Positions 18,968 to 28,361 of a DNA stretch of 64,000 nt are shown one piece after another. The DNA is from an uncultured Gammaproteobacteria bacterium. Its GTDB lineage: Bacteria; Patescibacteriota; Microgenomatia; Levybacterales; UBA12049. Location: contig CAZAZU010000001.1 in NCBI GenBank assembly GCA_964490105.1, positions 227,804 through 291,803 on the forward strand. The letters run 5' to 3'. A model generated the notes under the pieces. The model saw nothing but the letters and a program-made list of their open reading frames with translations, made no database searches and had not been told where the DNA came from. A program made the translations under genes and the position numbers. Within the stretch, counting starts at the first letter, position 1; each line of letters begins with the position of its first letter.

Positions 18968-19804
18968 ATGAAAATTAAAAGAATTTTAACGATATTTTCA
19001 GGAATAATTGTAGTTTTTGCTTTTGCATTCGTTGCAAATGCAGCTACTTCTATAGTTTACCCAGGTAATGAAAATGGTTGGGTATTTGTTGATGATAATG
19101 ATAACTCAGTAGGTTCTGGAACATTTGTTTCTGGTCCCGCTACTCCACCCTTAGGAAATGGTAGTGCGAGATTATTTGCAAATGTATCATCAGACAGGGA
19201 AATGCTTGTTTTGCCACAGTATCAGGGAACAAAACTTTCTGATATTACAAAACTTGAATACTCTACTTATAGAGTTTCAGGAGGGCCAGCTTTAGCGATT
19301 GCTCTTCAGTTTAATATAGATACTGATCTGACTGATGCAAATACATCATGGCAATCAAGACTTGTTTATGAACCATACTACACCCACACTGTAAATACAG
19401 GTGTATGGCAGACATGGAATACTCAAGACGATTCTGGAACTGGAAATTGGTGGTTTGCAGGTGCACCACAGAATGCGGTTTGTGGAATTGGTAACCCTTG
19501 TACATGGAGTGAACTTAAAGCAGCATTCCCAAATGCTGGAATTCACTCTACTCTAGGTGCAATTTTGTTTAAAGCAGGAGGTGGATGGACAGGATTTGAT
19601 GGAAATGTTGACGCATTTACAATCGGAGTTAACAACGTAGATAATACGTATGACTTTGAATCAAGTGCTCCAACACCAACACCTACACCAATAGTTGGGC
19701 CGCCGACTAGTAAAGATGAGTGTAAGAAAGACGGATGGAAAACATTCAACAATCCTACATTCAAAAACCAAGGACAATGTGTAAGTTATACCAATCATAA
19801 CTAA
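18968..19804 (+). CDS. secreted protein, paralog of the N-terminal domain of the RTX-like protein at 8922
   Basis: RBS aaggaggtgaaaaaaATG. Signal peptide. Shared motifs with 8922..10127: GPAxPPLGxGS, LxxITxxxYSTY, LQFxID, YEPxYQ, WQTW, WW, GGG. Cys-containing C-terminus. Confidence 0.55.
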   Translation: MKIKRILTIFSGIIVVFAFAFVANAATSIVYPGNENGWVFVDDNDNSVGSGTFVSGPATPPLGNGSARLFANVSSDREMLVLPQYQGTKLSDITKLEYSTYRVSGGPALAIALQFNIDTDLTDANTSWQSRLVYEPYYTHTVNTGVWQTWNTQDDSGTGNWWFAGAPQNAVCGIGNPCTWSELKAAFPNAGIHSTLGAILFKAGGGWTGFDGNVDAFTIGVNNVDNTYDFESSAPTPTPTPIVGPPTSKDECKKDGWKTFNNPTFKNQGQCVSYTNHN

Positions 19805-19830
19805 TCACGGTTTATTTGGAATTTAAATAG

Positions 19831-19858
19831 CCCACCCTAACCGGTGGGTTATTTTTTT
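19831..19858 (+). terminator. rho-independent terminator
   Basis: cccacc-ctaa-ccggtggg hairpin followed by ttattttttt. Confidence 0.5.
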
Positions 19859-19874
19859 GTGTTATGATATTTTC

Positions 19875-21278
19875 ATGGCTTTAAAACCTCTCTCGATTAA
19901 TATCCTACCCTCCCCTCCGCCCCTTAAAAAATTAATTGGTCCTAGTTTTATTTTCTTAGGACTTGGACTTGGAAGCGGAGAAATAATTCTCTGGCCGTAT
20001 CTTACAGCAAATTTCGGAATGGGAATTATCTGGGCAGCACTTCTAGGAATTACATTCCAGTTCTTTATGAATATGGAAATTGAAAGATATGCTTTAGTTC
20101 ATGGAGAAAGTGTTTTTGTGGGCTTAGCTCGAAAACTTAAATATATTTCCTTCTGGTTTCTTTTATCTACTTTCATTCCATGGATCTGGCCGGGAATTAT
20201 AGCATCCAGTGCAAAATTATTCGGTGCGACAGTTGGAATTACTGACACTACTTATTTAACTATTATATTACTAGTGGTAATCGGTTTAATTTTGTCTTTC
20301 GGACCAATTTTATATAAAACTGTTGAATCCTTTCAGAAAATTTTGATTGGGATTGGGGTACCAACTATATTTGCACTAAGTGTAATTCTTGCTGAAAAAA
20401 CTGATTTTACTGCGCTTGGAAAAGGTGCTGTAGGGATAGGAAACGGTTACATGTTCTTCCCGGAAGGAATTGTAATGGCTTCCTTCTTAGCAGCCTTTGC
20501 ATATGCCGGAGCTGGCGGAAATCTAAATTTAGCCCAATCATTTTATGTTAGAGAAAAAGGATACGGAATGGGAAAATATGCAGGAAGAATTACAAGTCTT
20601 TTTACAGGAAAAGGCGAAAGCGTATCCCTCACAGGTTCAAAGTTTGAGGTCAACGAAGAAAGCTTGGCTTCGTTCAAACAATGGTGGAGAAATATTAACA
20701 TTGAACACTTCATAATTTTCTGGATAACCGGAGGAGTAACTATCGCTCTCTTAGGACTTCTCTCCTACTCTACAGTTTTTGGACATCCAGATAACATGGC
20801 AGGTATAAATTTTGTTATAAACGAAGGAAAAGTGATTGGCGAAAAACTATTTCCATTCGCCGGAACTTTCTTTCTTCTCGTCGGAGGCCTTATGCTTTTT
20901 GGTACACAGCTCACTGTTTTTGACGCGACAAGTAGAATTCTTTCAGAAAATATTGTTATTTCAGCACATGAGAAATTATCAGAAAGAAATATTCCAAAAG
21001 TTTATTACATAGTTCTGTGGCTTCAAATTCTAGCAGGAATTGGAATTTTACTTTTAGGATTTACAGAACCGTTGGCGCTTCTGACTACAGCTGCAGTTTT
21101 AAATGCTGTAGCGATGTTTGTTCATATCGGACTAACATTATGGCTTAACTCAACCAGCTTAGATAAAGCGTTAAGGCCAAGTATCACTCGAAAATTTGCA
21201 ATGGGACTCGCTTTTCTTTTTTATGGAGGCTTCAGCACATTCGTAGTCTACGATAGATTTATCAAGCCCCTATTTTAA
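19875..21278 (+). CDS. APC-superfamily-like secondary transporter (NRAMP/BrnQ-like N-terminal motif)
   Basis: About 11 TM helices. 'GLGLGSGEIILWPYL...GMGIIWAALL' resembles the TM1 region of the NRAMP/LIVCS folds. Start is taken at ATG 19875; the track ORF 19857 overlaps the terminator. Confidence 0.35.
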   Translation: MALKPLSINILPSPPPLKKLIGPSFIFLGLGLGSGEIILWPYLTANFGMGIIWAALLGITFQFFMNMEIERYALVHGESVFVGLARKLKYISFWFLLSTFIPWIWPGIIASSAKLFGATVGITDTTYLTIILLVVIGLILSFGPILYKTVESFQKILIGIGVPTIFALSVILAEKTDFTALGKGAVGIGNGYMFFPEGIVMASFLAAFAYAGAGGNLNLAQSFYVREKGYGMGKYAGRITSLFTGKGESVSLTGSKFEVNEESLASFKQWWRNINIEHFIIFWITGGVTIALLGLLSYSTVFGHPDNMAGINFVINEGKVIGEKLFPFAGTFFLLVGGLMLFGTQLTVFDATSRILSENIVISAHEKLSERNIPKVYYIVLWLQILAGIGILLLGFTEPLALLTTAAVLNAVAMFVHIGLTLWLNSTSLDKALRPSITRKFAMGLAFLFYGGFSTFVVYDRFIKPLF

Positions 21279-21962
21279 ACTTTTTATAAATCCTTCAATT
21301 TTATTCATAAATCCGGTTTCGTCGATTCTATGAAGGTGCCATTTGTGATTATATTTATTAATTGTAAATATCTCAGCGCTTGGAAGTAATTTTAATACTT
21401 TCTCACCCATCTTGGATGAAGCCATCCTGTCTTTAGAACTGTAGTAAAGAAGAACAGGGATTTTAATTTTAGATAAATTATCTTTACTTAAATATTTAAA
21501 CTCGCTTAAGGTTTTTGAAATACTGAGTCTGTTTGCAACTGGAATTCTTAAAACATTTACTGTTTTTCTAAATCCGAAGAAATAAGGCATTCCAGCTATT
21601 ATTATGCCTTTAACTTTATCTGGGTATTTATTATAGTATTTTAAAGAAAGTAATCCTCCGTAGCTCGTGCCAAATAAAACAAATCTTCTTCCGTTTGATG
21701 TGGCTTCAATTACTTCGGCGATGAACGTTACTCGATCTTTTTTAAAATCTTTTAAGTATCCAAATCCAGGAAGGTCAAAGGCAACCACGCAATAATTTTT
21801 CATTAGATATCTTGGGGGAAGATCACCGATATATTCAGAAAACCCCCTGAAATATCCATGAATAAAGTAAATTAAGGGGTTTTTGGGGTCTCCATAAACC
21901 CAAACAGGAACACTTGCATTATCTATATTAAAATATTTTGTCTCGTGAGGATCGCTAATCAC
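21270..21962 (-). CDS. alpha/beta-fold hydrolase
   Basis: HGxxxG-like 'FIHGYFRG'. Nucleophile elbow 'GTSYGG'. Typical length. Confidence 0.55.
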   Translation of the reverse strand: MISDPHETKYFNIDNASVPVWVYGDPKNPLIYFIHGYFRGFSEYIGDLPPRYLMKNYCVVAFDLPGFGYLKDFKKDRVTFIAEVIEATSNGRRFVLFGTSYGGLLSLKYYNKYPDKVKGIIIAGMPYFFGFRKTVNVLRIPVANRLSISKTLSEFKYLSKDNLSKIKIPVLLYYSSKDRMASSKMGEKVLKLLPSAEIFTINKYNHKWHLHRIDETGFMNKIEGFIKSLK

Positions 21963-21981
21963 AGGTAAATTATATCAATTA

Positions 21982-22749
21982 TTATGCGGTTTTTTGAGAA
22001 TTCTGTCCCAAGACTACAGGTGAAGGTAAATTTACCCCTGGTCTTCTGTCTAATCTAAGTAATCCATATGGCACGTACCCATCAGTTTTCGCTTCGTATG
22101 AGTCAACATATCTATGACTTACGCCTGCAGAATCCAGTTTTTGAACCCACTTGTTTACAGGTATTCCATTAACCTGAAGAGATTTCGCAGGAGGAATTTG
22201 TAAAATAGTGGTCCCATCAGTTGAGTTTAATGTTTCCCAAATTTTTTCAATAGCTTTACTTGTAAAACCCAGATTTGTAGGTAAAAATTTAAGTCCACCT
22301 GCACCCCTAGACATAACAAAATCAGCCTTATCACCTTTTAACCATTCATCAATTTTTTCCCATGTAGCAGGATCATTTAAAGTTCCCGATAAAAAAGTAA
22401 TCCCTTCGCGTGTATCTCTTTCAGCTTTTTCTGGTGTTCTAGGATCATGAAATCCTACAGCTAGTCCTCTAAATGACTTTGGACGTAAATATTTTCCTAT
22501 GCTTCTTACAGCAGCTGGACCTGAAAGGAGATCTATAACAATTGGCTCATCTTTGAGTTTTAATCGATCTAAAATTTCAAATTTATCAGTCTGTACTCTT
22601 CCGATATCTTCCAGATAATCCCAGTAAGTCGATTCATGAATTACCCATTTGCCTGGCTCATTGTCTCCATCGCCAATCACATCTTGCTCAGGTGTAAGGG
22701 GTGGCTTGCCGGTTCTTGAAAATCTATGGCTTTCAGGTTTCATATCCAT
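21982..22749 (-). CDS. hypothetical protein (GC-richer block)
   Basis: Intact 255-aa ORF. No family recognised. Confidence 0.4.
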   Translation of the reverse strand: MDMKPESHRFSRTGKPPLTPEQDVIGDGDNEPGKWVIHESTYWDYLEDIGRVQTDKFEILDRLKLKDEPIVIDLLSGPAAVRSIGKYLRPKSFRGLAVGFHDPRTPEKAERDTREGITFLSGTLNDPATWEKIDEWLKGDKADFVMSRGAGGLKFLPTNLGFTSKAIEKIWETLNSTDGTTILQIPPAKSLQVNGIPVNKWVQKLDSAGVSHRYVDSYEAKTDGYVPYGLLRLDRRPGVNLPSPVVLGQNSQKTA

Positions 22750-22833
22750 ATTATACTATAAGCTCCTATTTTGTTCAAAGTTGTATTTACTTAATTATAG
22801 TACTACAATTAACGCGTAATAGATTAATTAGAT

Positions 22834-23418
22834 ATGGAAAGACAGCCAATCCCCGTCCGGATTGGTGAACAAGCCTCAACTCCGGGCGGAGAACTTATAA
22901 GAGTCGACTTTGTAAATAAAAAAGTCGCAAGACGGGACCAGCAAAAACCAGGTAAAGTACCTCGATATGAATCCGAGCATGCTGTAGTAGCCGAAAGCTT
23001 GGGAATTTCAGTTAGAAGTCTGAATGTTTTATCAGAAGATGAAGGATTTGTAGAAGTGTCTCAAGGAGATCCTATTGTAGCGGCAACGCATATTGGAGAC
23101 GGGGATGGTCATGACAGGCTCGTGGTTATGAGTTTTGGTATGGATCCTGATGTAGCAGCTTCGATAGCTGATCAGCATAAATCTAGACTTCAGGATGAAA
23201 TTAGTGAAGTGTCTAAAGAAGCTTCTATTAATAATAGAATGACTGGGTTTCAAGTCAGAGAAGCCATGAAGGATGGAAGAGAAGGACGTGAAGTGGTTAT
23301 TTTTTCTCAAGCTGCGGATGGAAGGAAAAAAACAGAACGAAGAAGGGTTAAGGGAAAAATTGCAGAAGTTATACCCCTTTTCCCAAATGTAGAAGCCGAA
23401 ATCCCAGCTGCAGCCTAA
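22834..23418 (+). CDS. hypothetical protein (GC-richer block)
   Basis: Intact 194-aa ORF. Arg/Glu-rich. No family recognised. Confidence 0.4.
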   Translation: MERQPIPVRIGEQASTPGGELIRVDFVNKKVARRDQQKPGKVPRYESEHAVVAESLGISVRSLNVLSEDEGFVEVSQGDPIVAATHIGDGDGHDRLVVMSFGMDPDVAASIADQHKSRLQDEISEVSKEASINNRMTGFQVREAMKDGREGREVVIFSQAADGRKKTERRRVKGKIAEVIPLFPNVEAEIPAAA

Positions 23419-23439
23419 TATGCTATAGTTGAATTACTG

Positions 23440-23634
23440 ATGAAAAATATTAAATATATTTTGGTAGCGATTTTAATTTTACTTGGAATTTATATGCTCA
23501 CTGTTCATTACCCTCCGCTTCCCTTTAATCACGAAGCAATTGGACTTGGATATAATCATATGATGCATAGGATATTTGGAATAATATTTATAGCTGCTGC
23601 AGTTTTAGTATTTTGGAAATGGAAGACTAAATAG
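23440..23634 (+). CDS. small two-TM membrane protein
   Basis: 64 aa, two hydrophobic helices, tight spacing to neighbouring genes. Confidence 0.3.
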   Translation: MKNIKYILVAILILLGIYMLTVHYPPLPFNHEAIGLGYNHMMHRIFGIIFIAAAVLVFWKWKTK

Positions 23635-23636
23635 CA

Positions 23637-24389
23637 ATGTCGGAACCTGCTAAAGAACCATTTAGACCTCCGGAAAATCCTTTTAACCTAGCTGTAATTG
23701 ATTCTCTTAAAACACTAAACCACTCACTTTCTCTAAAATCTAAATCCCCACTATTAATAGACGCAAATGGAGTTTCTTTGCATAATGGCGGGATGCCTTT
23801 AGCAAGAATTACTGGAAATAATTTAATTGTTGCTGGAGAAAGTTTTCAAAGACGAATAGCCGCAGAGCCTGGGTCTGTACCTCAGATGAAAGGAGATCTT
23901 GGAGAATTTTTAGGTGAACTTGGAGATTCTCTAAAATCTTTAAATCATTTAGGAATCAGTTATTTTGTGCCGGATTTAGAACATGAACATCAAAACGTAA
24001 AGCATTTGGCAGTAGAATCAGGGATTGAGTTTCACGAGGATCCAGAAGCACTTGAGGGACAGGAATGGATATTTTTAGGCCACACCGATGACTGGCGCTC
24101 TCCCCTTTTCGAGATGGTGCTTAATCAAGGTGAACCAGATCCATCTGATTTCTGGAGACCGCATTTTCAAATAGATTTAGATACACATCTACCTTGGGAA
24201 GAGATTAAAGAGTTAGCTGATAAACATTTCGGTCCTGATTTTTTTAAGTGGACACTTGATGCGCCAAATGTGGGGACATTTATGGGAATGGGAGTCATAG
24301 GAAATGTAGGAGGATCCAAAATCGCTTTAGGTCTGGGAGCTACTAAAAGAAGCGCAGAATTCCATCGCACCCAACTCCAAAGCCATTAA
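23637..24389 (+). CDS. hypothetical protein (GC-richer block)
   Basis: Intact 250-aa ORF immediately after the small membrane protein. No family recognised. Confidence 0.4.
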   Translation: MSEPAKEPFRPPENPFNLAVIDSLKTLNHSLSLKSKSPLLIDANGVSLHNGGMPLARITGNNLIVAGESFQRRIAAEPGSVPQMKGDLGEFLGELGDSLKSLNHLGISYFVPDLEHEHQNVKHLAVESGIEFHEDPEALEGQEWIFLGHTDDWRSPLFEMVLNQGEPDPSDFWRPHFQIDLDTHLPWEEIKELADKHFGPDFFKWTLDAPNVGTFMGMGVIGNVGGSKIALGLGATKRSAEFHRTQLQSH

Positions 24390-24504
24390 ATTGTGAACTG
24401 TCAGACCAATTTTTGGAACACCTCATTTCTTACGCTTCACAGGTCTACAATGTTTTGGTTGAATTAAATTTTGCACCATCTCAGCCATAATTTTTCCGAT
24501 TTCG

Positions 24505-25170
24505 TCAATCCTTTCTTGTTCCTCTTTTGGTAGAGGTGGAAGGTTCTTTAGTTTTTCCAGCTCCTCCTCTAGTGTCATATGTTTCTTCATGTGTAGATTT
24601 TGGAAATTCTATTTTCAGTTTAGCGAGAATTTCCCTAGGAAGTTTATTCGATTTATCGGGCCTAATTAATTCATCGTCAAGGTCTACGAATACTTGCGAA
24701 TAATCTTTTTTGCTTTGTTCTTTATTTTTCTCACCAAAGTAAACCACCCCTATCCGTTTACCATCCTTTTCACTAATTTTAACAGCTAAAAAATATTTGT
24801 CATCTTCGTCTCTTAATTTAATCTGACTTGGAAGCTCATCCAATGATTCAACGGGAATTGAAGCTCTTTTCTTCAGAACGTAATCAAGCACTACTTGTTC
24901 TCTCGCATCTTCTAATGAAGCCCCTAGTATATGTTTTCTTTTACAGACAGAGCAAAATGTTGGTCCTGTATAGTTATCGTCAAAAACTTCAACTTCTCCA
25001 TATTCCGGATGGGTTTCTGTTATGAAAGCTTTTTTTGGAAAAAGAATTTCCATTTTACAAGATGTACAAAAAGGACCTTTAATATCCCGAGTTGAAACTT
25101 CTCCAACATAGTCTTCGATATACCAAAAGAACCCTTGTGATTTATGGAATTTACTGTAGGTTGTTCTCAT
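24505..25170 (-). CDS. hypothetical protein with two CxxC pairs (possible zinc ribbon) and a basic tail
   Basis: 'FCTSCKMEI...FCSVCKRKH'. Lys/Arg-rich C-terminus. Confidence 0.4.
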   Translation of the reverse strand: MRTTYSKFHKSQGFFWYIEDYVGEVSTRDIKGPFCTSCKMEILFPKKAFITETHPEYGEVEVFDDNYTGPTFCSVCKRKHILGASLEDAREQVVLDYVLKKRASIPVESLDELPSQIKLRDEDDKYFLAVKISEKDGKRIGVVYFGEKNKEQSKKDYSQVFVDLDDELIRPDKSNKLPREILAKLKIEFPKSTHEETYDTRGGAGKTKEPSTSTKRGTRKD

Positions 25171-25222
25171 GAGGGGATTATACCACTTAGGTTTGAGGAT
25201 TTGGCTAAACGTTTAGCCATTT

Positions 25223-25295
25223 GTGAGCCGGCAGGGGATCGAACCCTGGACCAAGAGCTTAAAAGGCTCCTGCTCTACCGCTGAGCTACCGGCCC
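25223..25295 (-). tRNA. tRNA-Lys (anticodon UUU)
   Basis: Manual cloverleaf: GGGCCGG acceptor, GCTC/GAGC D-stem, anticodon loop CTTTTAA, TTCGATC T-loop. CCA is not encoded. A palindromic hairpin at 25201-25218 follows its 3' end. Confidence 0.8.
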
Positions 25296-25456
25296 TGAAC
25301 AATTTCTAAGGAAATTTTCAGGGTAAACCCTATTTCTTAGATGTCCGTATTATATAGGATTAGGCATGAAATTGACAAGTTTGCTTGATAATTAATCTGC
25401 TACAAGAGTTTGGACAATTTGTTTTAGGCTCGAATTTAAGATATAATATGCATCAC

Positions 25457-25530
25457 GCCGTGTTCGTCTAGTGGCCTAGGACACCTGGTTTTCAGCCAGG
25501 GAATCAGGGGTTCGACTCCCCTACACGGTA
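25457..25530 (+). tRNA. tRNA-Glu (anticodon UUC)
   Basis: Manual cloverleaf: GCCGTGT acceptor, anticodon loop TTTTCAG, TTCGACT T-loop, discriminator A. A TATAAT at 25443-25448 sits 8 nt upstream. Confidence 0.8.
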
Positions 25531-25531
25531 C

Positions 25532-26011
25532 TTAGTAGCTTCCTCCGTATCCACCTATATCTTCTTTTCTGCTTAGTTGTGGATTAGCAGGGTCTCTGCC
25601 AATTACTTTTCTTGGATTTCTAACTGCTTCACCAAAAGTGTTGGTAACTATAGCTGGATCTTGAATTATATCAATAGGGGTTATTATTCTAGTCTCTGCA
25701 CCTACAATTGTGAAAGTATTCTGATCAGGATCAACTATAGCAAAAACAGATGCGCTTTCAATGCCGATTGGTGGATTAGGACTATCAAAATAGTTTGTTA
25801 AAGCCATAAAATACTTTTCATCTTCAGTAACGCCATGGGAATATCTTAAAAAACCATCTGCAGTAAGCTGGAATGCTTCCAGAAGTCCAACTGAAACTGC
25901 TAGATTCATACCGCGATGCTTAATTCGCCAAAGATGATTCTCCCTCTCCCTAAGCTCTTCAGCTGTTGGAGCATTCGAACGTTTCCTTCTTAAATCCTCT
26001 AAATATCCCAT
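25532..26011 (-). CDS. hypothetical protein
   Basis: 159-aa ORF ending 1 nt from tRNA-Glu. No family recognised. Confidence 0.35.
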   Translation of the reverse strand: MGYLEDLRRKRSNAPTAEELRERENHLWRIKHRGMNLAVSVGLLEAFQLTADGFLRYSHGVTEDEKYFMALTNYFDSPNPPIGIESASVFAIVDPDQNTFTIVGAETRIITPIDIIQDPAIVTNTFGEAVRNPRKVIGRDPANPQLSRKEDIGGYGGSY

Positions 26012-26082
26012 AGGAATTGGGATTATAACAAATAATTATTTGATGTCAAATTTAATACTGCTTATTTGATAGAATCTTATTA

Positions 26083-27486
26083 ATGCTAAGCATTAGGAAT
26101 TTATTAGTTTTTCTTCTTTACTCATCTTTTTTCGTTATTTTTTCAGCAATTTCATTAAATAGATATTTTTCTGTTCAAATTTTTCAATACGACTTCGGGA
26201 TTTTTGCCTCCATGATTTATCAGCTTAGTCAATTTAAAATGGCTTACATAAATCATATTAGTCTGGGTACAATTCCATTTCTGGGAGATCATTTTCAGCC
26301 TAGTTTAACTCTTTTATCTCCTTTATTCTGGTTCATCAAAGACATAAAGGTTTTAATAATAGAGCAGGCTCTTGTGATTGTCGCTTGTGCATTTGTAATT
26401 CAGAGAATTGCCATAAAAAAAGGCTTATCTTTCTTCTCAAGCCTAGCAATTTCGATAATATTTCTTCTTTATGCAGGAATCGAAAATCCTTTAGTTACCG
26501 ATTGGCACCCAGAGCCAACAGCAGGACTATTCCTTGTATTATTTATATACTTTTTTCTGTTTGGCAAAAACAAATTTATAGCGCCAATCATAGCCATAAT
26601 ATTTTTAGGATTTAAAGAAAGTAATGCGATAACCTTATCACTATTTTTAGTCTCATCTTTTTTAATTTTTCCAAAAAGAAGAAAAGAAATAATTATATAT
26701 TTATTAGCCTCAATTGTTTGGTTTTTCGCAACCATAAAACTTCTTATTCCCTACTTTTCAGACAGAAATTATTTTTACTCTCCAGACCTACCTAAAAGCT
26801 TACTGGATGTAAAACTTTCATTGGAGAAAACTGCAAAATATGAATTTGTCTGGAAATCTATAGCCTCGTTCGCATTTCTTCCGCTTCTTGCCAGATTTAG
26901 CCTAATTCCAGTACTTGGTGAAATATTTATAAGAGTCTTCCCTCTTCACTCATTTTTCCAAAGCTTTACTTTAGGAATGCATTATAATTTTTATCTGGGA
27001 ATTTTTCTAGCTCTGGCTAGTATTGATGGATTATTATTTATTTATAAAAAGTTTAAGCTTAAAAATAAAGCAATGATAGTTTCGATTGGTTTTATTCTAT
27101 TTACTCTCTTTTTTGCAAAAAAAGTCACGCATTCTCCTGTAATTCTAGCTACAAATCCTACATTCTGGCGCGAACTTCATCCTCGACAAGATATCTTTGA
27201 CGCATTGAAAAAAGTACCCAGGGAAGGTTCTGTAGCAGCACAAAATAATCTCCTTTCTTATTTAGTTCTAAGAGATGATGGAATCTACACTCTGAATAAA
27301 GGATACATGAATTATGACCCGGATTTAATTGTCGCTGATTTAAGTGAGGGACAAAATCCTAATAATTTCTATCCTTCTGGCCTAGTATTTATGGAAAAAG
27401 AGATGAAATTACTAAGTAAAACTGCTGGTTATAAGAGGATTGAAACGGGTAACAAAAACTTTTATATTTTCAAAAAAGTAGATTAG
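26083..27486 (+). CDS. polytopic integral membrane protein (possible GT-C/DUF2079-like; family not recognised)
   Basis: More than 10 TM helices plus a soluble C-terminal domain. Confidence 0.4.
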   Translation: MLSIRNLLVFLLYSSFFVIFSAISLNRYFSVQIFQYDFGIFASMIYQLSQFKMAYINHISLGTIPFLGDHFQPSLTLLSPLFWFIKDIKVLIIEQALVIVACAFVIQRIAIKKGLSFFSSLAISIIFLLYAGIENPLVTDWHPEPTAGLFLVLFIYFFLFGKNKFIAPIIAIIFLGFKESNAITLSLFLVSSFLIFPKRRKEIIIYLLASIVWFFATIKLLIPYFSDRNYFYSPDLPKSLLDVKLSLEKTAKYEFVWKSIASFAFLPLLARFSLIPVLGEIFIRVFPLHSFFQSFTLGMHYNFYLGIFLALASIDGLLFIYKKFKLKNKAMIVSIGFILFTLFFAKKVTHSPVILATNPTFWRELHPRQDIFDALKKVPREGSVAAQNNLLSYLVLRDDGIYTLNKGYMNYDPDLIVADLSEGQNPNNFYPSGLVFMEKEMKLLSKTAGYKRIETGNKNFYIFKKVD

Positions 27487-28052
27487 ACTTCGACGTCCTT
27501 ATTTTCTTCTTCGCCTTCAGGCTCTGGGGGTAAAAATTCTTCTCCACCACTATCATTTGACTCTTCTGGCTTTTTATATTCAGTTTTTAGCCACTCTACA
27601 TAAGTGCATCCAGTAGCTTTTCGCTCGACCCTATCCCAGCCTGCTGTTGAGCATTTTTTCATGCGTTTTCCAGCATTTGTAGTGAATAACACTAATGGTT
27701 TTCCGCATTCTGGACAAGCTTCGTCGAGTTTTTCTGTAGATCCATTAATCCATTCTACGTAGTCGCATCCCTCAGATTGCTTGGTATCTTTATTCCAAAC
27801 ATTTGTAGAACACTTTTTCATCTTTTTGCCAAATCTGGTTGTCTGAAGAATAAGGGGATTTCCGCATTTAGGACATTTTTCGTCAAGAGTTTCTGGTGGA
27901 GTTTCAAGCCATTTTACATAGTCACAGCCTTCATTCTGGCGAGTTTCCTTATTCCAGCTTCCAGTAGAGCACCTCTGTAGTTGTTTGCCTGTAGAAGTAG
28001 TAGATACTTCAGCGAGCGGACTTCCGCACTTTGGACACATTTCATCAGCCAT
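27483..28052 (-). CDS. protein made of three tandem topoisomerase-I-type C4 zinc ribbons plus an acidic tail
   Basis: 3 x ~55-aa repeat 'CPKCGxPLxLxTTxxGKxMKKCSTxxWNKxTKQxEGCDYVEWL'. Four Cys per repeat. C-terminal EEFLPPEPEGEEENKD. Confidence 0.55.
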   Translation of the reverse strand: MADEMCPKCGSPLAEVSTTSTGKQLQRCSTGSWNKETRQNEGCDYVKWLETPPETLDEKCPKCGNPLILQTTRFGKKMKKCSTNVWNKDTKQSEGCDYVEWINGSTEKLDEACPECGKPLVLFTTNAGKRMKKCSTAGWDRVERKATGCTYVEWLKTEYKKPEESNDSGGEEFLPPEPEGEEENKDVEV

Positions 28053-28361
28053 AAGATACTAGGATAGCGTATTTATTTATAATACTCAATATAGCATAAA
28101 TTCAATATTGGTATGGTTTGATGTTCATTGTCCTATTGTACAGGAGGCAATTCGGGAGTATAGTTATTTTTACCTCAAATACGCAAGTATTGAAAGGCAG
28201 GATCTTTAGCAATAAAGAAACCCCGAAAAGACTCCAGCAATGGAGTTTTTTTGTATCTAAAATTAAAGTCCTATAGTTTGACATTCGAAGCTAAATAAAG
28301 TAGAATCTCTCCTCTGTCTATATTGACATTTTTCTGAATTAGCAAATAGAATTATTTTTTT

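Noticed and set aside
25372-25448. TTGACA at 25372-25377 as the -35 box for the tRNA-Glu promoter
   Set aside because: Its spacing to any -10-like hexamer is wrong: 9 nt to GATAAT and more than 60 nt to TATAAT 25443-25448. Only the -10 element immediately upstream of the tRNA is convincingly placed.
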